Part shown: positions 31,950 to 32,000 of the stretch, piece by piece
Layout of the letters: every line of letters begins with the position of its first letter
How positions within the stretch are numbered: the first letter of the stretch is position 1
Assembly: GCA_934660865.1 (NCBI GenBank)
Contig: CAKUIA010000004.1
Coordinates: 84,237 to 116,236, forward strand
DNA length: 32,000 nucleotides
Direction: 5' to 3'
Source of the DNA: an uncultured Opitutales bacterium
GTDB lineage: Bacteria; Verrucomicrobiota; Verrucomicrobiia; Opitutales; Intestinicryptomonadaceae
The notes under the pieces: generated by a model
What the model was told of the DNA's origin: nothing
Databases searched by the model: none
What the model saw: only the letters and a program-made list of their open reading frames with translations
Program-made: the position numbers and the translations under genes

Positions 31950-32000
31950 TTAGAATTTTTTGCGCGTTAAAATCTGCCCTATTACGGCAACGGTAAGGGT
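31950..32000 (-). CDS. Possible 3' end of an ABC permease gene (potC-like), 16 codons plus stop only
   Basis: The minus frame from 32000 reads ...TLTVAVIGQILTRKKF*, a hydrophobic stretch then a basic tail. It lies 62 nt upstream of potD, consistent with potABCD order. The evidence is very short. Confidence 0.3.
   Translation of the reverse strand, partial: TLTVAVIGQILTRKKF

Noticed and set aside
1-32000. I looked for CRISPR arrays, tandem or interspersed repeats, IS elements, prophage or defence-system genes.
   Set aside because: I saw no regularly spaced direct repeats, no transposase, integrase or recombinase-like ORFs, and no nuclease/ATPase defence-type gene pairs. The only recurring motifs are short GC-stem terminator hairpins (for example AAGCCCGCAA...TTGCGGGCTT-like), which are ordinary.

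Overview
This window is mostly housekeeping chromosome from a mid-GC bacterium, with glycan-foraging and envelope genes interspersed. The EF-Tu/RpoB sequence style, a Tat-exported Gfo/Idh/MocA paired with a TIM-barrel protein, and a stand-alone exosortase/EpsI pair suggest a PVC-group organism (Lentisphaerota, Verrucomicrobiota or Kiritimatiellota-like). That placement is inference only.

Layout:
- Positions 1-8516, all on the minus strand, hold the conserved cluster tRNA-Thr - tuf - tRNA-Trp - secE - nusG - rplK - rplA - rplJ - rplL - rpoB. rpoB (1-3672) is missing from the supplied ORF track because it runs off the window edge. I translated it by eye.
- Next come a stand-alone hisI, a divergent rsmE-like gene whose 3' end overlaps hisI, and a secreted GH92.
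- dnaA follows, tightly coupled to a small membrane-anchored ORF. There is no dnaN. A roughly 340-bp AT-rich spacer with DnaA-box-like 9-mers lies upstream and is a candidate oriC.
- Then a CPBP intramembrane protease, trmB, a kdsB (with an N-terminal 2-TM extension) - kdsD - PmtA-like methyltransferase operon, and a Nim/PNPOx-family gene.
- A four-gene operon follows: TIM barrel, DoxX-like membrane protein, Tat-exported Gfo/Idh/MocA, secreted discoidin-domain protein.
- The right end holds an orphan STAS protein, proS, an EpsI - exosortase - DEAD-box helicase (- GH97) unit, potD and a probable potC tail.

I found no transposase, integrase, phage gene, CRISPR array or recognisable defence gene.

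The best candidates for something not yet described:
- the TIM-barrel/DoxX/Tat-oxidoreductase/discoidin operon;
- the exosortase unit translationally coupled to an RNA helicase;
- the small membrane ORF coupled to dnaA next to the putative origin;
- the unusually long, structured rplJ-rplL spacer.

All functional calls rest on motif recognition by eye. No database or HMM search was possible.
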